Positions 62,791-64,000 of a stretch of 64,000 nt of DNA are shown here, piece by piece; the stretch's first letter is position 1; each line of letters starts with the position of its first letter. The notes beneath the pieces were generated by a model. It saw only the letters and a program-made list of their open reading frames with translations, was not told where the DNA came from and made no database searches. The DNA comes from Bacteroidales bacterium (GTDB lineage: Bacteria > Bacteroidota > Bacteroidia > Bacteroidales > F082). A program made the position numbers and the translations under genes. Where the stretch lies: the NCBI GenBank assembly GCA_017549805.1, contig JAFYNJ010000018.1:12503-76502 (forward strand), written 5' to 3'.

Positions 62791-62878
62791 GGAGATATGG
62801 CTGAGTGGTCGATAGCGGCGGTCTTGAAAACCGTTAAACCGAAAGGTTTCGGGGGTTCGAATCCCTCTGTCTCCGCCA
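62791..62878 (+). tRNA. tRNA-Ser (anticodon TGA), CCA encoded
   Basis: Acceptor GGAGATA/TGTCTCC, anticodon stem-loop GCGGT-CTTGAAA-ACCGT, long variable arm, T-arm GGGGGTTCGAATCCCTC. Confidence 0.92.
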
Positions 62879-62881
62879 CTT

Positions 62882-62908
62882 AAAGCGACCGATGTCGCTT
62901 TTATTTTT
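62882..62908 (+). terminator. Hairpin plus T-rich tract between the two tRNAs
   Basis: AAGCGAC-CGAT-GTCGCTT followed by TTATTTTT. Confidence 0.5.
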
Positions 62909-62915
62909 GACCAAA

Positions 62916-63001
62916 GGAAAGATGCCGGAGTGGTCGATCGGGGCGGTCTCGAAAACCGTTGAACGCTTTGCGTTCCAAGGGTTCGAATCCCTTTCTTTCC
63001 G
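62916..63001 (+). tRNA. tRNA-Ser (anticodon CGA)
   Basis: Acceptor GGAAAGA/TCTTTCC, anticodon stem-loop GCGGT-CTCGAAA-ACCGT, long variable arm, T-arm AAGGGTTCGAATCCCTT. Confidence 0.92.
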
Positions 63002-63010
63002 CAGACAGGA

Positions 63011-63040
63011 AAGCCGGGCTGCATGCAGCCTGGCTTTTTT
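63011..63040 (+). terminator. Rho-independent terminator after the tRNA pair
   Basis: AGCCGGGCTGC-AT-GCAGCCTGGCT followed by T6. Confidence 0.7.
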
Positions 63041-63183
63041 CATGGCGTGCCGCCAGCAAGCTTGCTTGCATGGCGGTGCGACATGGAAAAAGCTTGGGCC
63101 GAGCATGGCTCGGACGGCTCTCCTGTCTGCAAGGGCCCCCGCGGCGAGCGGAAAGGGATCATGAAATAATCCCAATTTTTTTG

Positions 63184-63191
63184 TATCTTTG
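63184..63191 (+). promoter_or_regulatory. -7 promoter box TAtcTTTG 5 nt before the radical SAM ATG
   Basis: Exact TAnnTTTG match. Confidence 0.45.
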
Positions 63192-63195
63192 CCCC

Positions 63196-64000
63196 ATGAC
63201 CCGCTACAATTCCTATAGCCAATACTTCAAGTCGTTGTTCGGCTCCCGCGTCCAAAAAATCAGCATCGATGCCGGCTTCAGCTGTCCCAACCGTGACGGC
63301 AAGATCAGCACGGGAGGCTGCACCTTCTGCAGCAACGAGGCCTTCAATCCCTCCTATTGCCGTCCAGAAAAAAGCATCCGCCAACAGATCGAGGAAGGCA
63401 TCGAATTCCACAAGCGCCGTTACCGCAGGGCCAATCAATATCTCGCCTACTTCCAGCCTTTTTCCAACACCTACAAACCGCATGAAGAGCTGAAATCAAT
63501 CTATCAACAGGCTTTTGGCGTGCCTGGAATTGCAGGCATCGTCATCGGCACACGACCCGACTTGGTTGATGAGCCCCTGCTCCACTATCTCAACGAACTC
63601 CAAAAGACACATTACATAATGCTGGAATACGGGGTGGAGAGCGTCTATGACGAGACTTTGAAGCGAGTCAACCGAGGCCATGACTTCGCCACCGCCAAAA
63701 AAACCATCGAATTGACTGCTCGATACGGCATCCCCTGTGGAGGACATTTCATCTTCGGATTGCCTGGCGAGACCAAAGCCATGATGCTCGATGCCGCCGA
63801 TGTCATCTCACAATTACCTTTAACCACCGTCAAGTTCCATCAATCACAAATTTTCAAAGGAACCAAGATGGCCGAGGAATACCACCAGCATCCCGAAGCC
63901 TTTCATCTCTTCAACTTGGAAGAATACATCGATTTTGTCATCGACTTTGCCGAGCGCCTCAACCCCGACATCGTCATCGAACGTTTCGCCGGCGAGGTGC
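63196..64000 (+). CDS. TIGR01212-type radical SAM protein (C-terminus beyond window)
   Basis: Hand translation gives MTRYNSYSQYFKSLFGSRVQKISIDAGFSCPNRDGKISTGGCTFCSNEAF...LEYGVESVYDETLKRVNRGH. It is absent from the track because no stop lies in the window. Confidence 0.85.
   Translation, partial: MTRYNSYSQYFKSLFGSRVQKISIDAGFSCPNRDGKISTGGCTFCSNEAFNPSYCRPEKSIRQQIEEGIEFHKRRYRRANQYLAYFQPFSNTYKPHEELKSIYQQAFGVPGIAGIVIGTRPDLVDEPLLHYLNELQKTHYIMLEYGVESVYDETLKRVNRGHDFATAKKTIELTARYGIPCGGHFIFGLPGETKAMMLDAADVISQLPLTTVKFHQSQIFKGTKMAEEYHQHPEAFHLFNLEEYIDFVIDFAERLNPDIVIERFAGEV

Noticed and set aside
62692-63483. ORFs 62692..63024 (-), 62834..63175 (-), 62892..63164 (+) and 63040..63483 (-) across the tRNA-Ser genes and the radical SAM 5' end
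   Set aside because: They overlap two well-formed tRNAs, or are antisense to the radical SAM gene, and are spurious.
1-64000. Search by eye for CRISPR arrays, transposases, integrases, prophage structural genes, rRNA genes and restriction-modification genes
   Set aside because: I found no regularly spaced direct repeats with unique spacers, no DDE/tyrosine/serine recombinase motifs, and no phage structural or rRNA signatures. The AT-richer island therefore cannot be called a mobile element on present evidence.

Overview
This is a chromosomal segment from a Bacteroidota (probably Bacteroidales-like) genome. Supporting evidence: many TAnnTTTG -7 promoter boxes close to start codons, no Shine-Dalgarno sequences, a 287-aa RpoD, a fused FeoA-FeoB, and several proteins ending in T9SS type A sorting domains. 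Most of the window is housekeeping: dnaX, M13 peptidase, GH3 glucosidase, ddh, rpsO, pnp, rpoD, rpe, pepD, feoAB, dgt, tsaD, tamB, an AddA-like helicase-nuclease, aroQ, lipid A/glycosyltransferase genes, two tRNA-Ser and a radical SAM gene. Five regions deserve a second look. (1) A cobalamin-riboswitch-controlled operon (51.1-56.0 kb) encodes two T9SS-sorted proteins, a beta-propeller-like lipoprotein, an untracked CWC mini-protein and a periplasmic binding protein, with no TonB-dependent transporter. (2) An AT-richer island (about 44.9-48.0 kb) holds small minus-strand genes, including three copies of a conserved coiled-coil 5' module, one of them startless. (3) A 117-nt imperfect hairpin at 48.1-48.2 kb is bracketed by opposing promoter boxes. 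(4) A cluster encodes an HD protein, an NrtR-like Nudix regulator and a vWA fusion protein. (5) Other items include a secreted VESFPD 11-residue repeat protein, two giant paralogous C25 peptidase-like T9SS cargos, and two sub-60-aa genes absent from the ORF track. No CRISPR array, transposase or integrase was seen. All family assignments come from reading motifs by eye; no searches were run.
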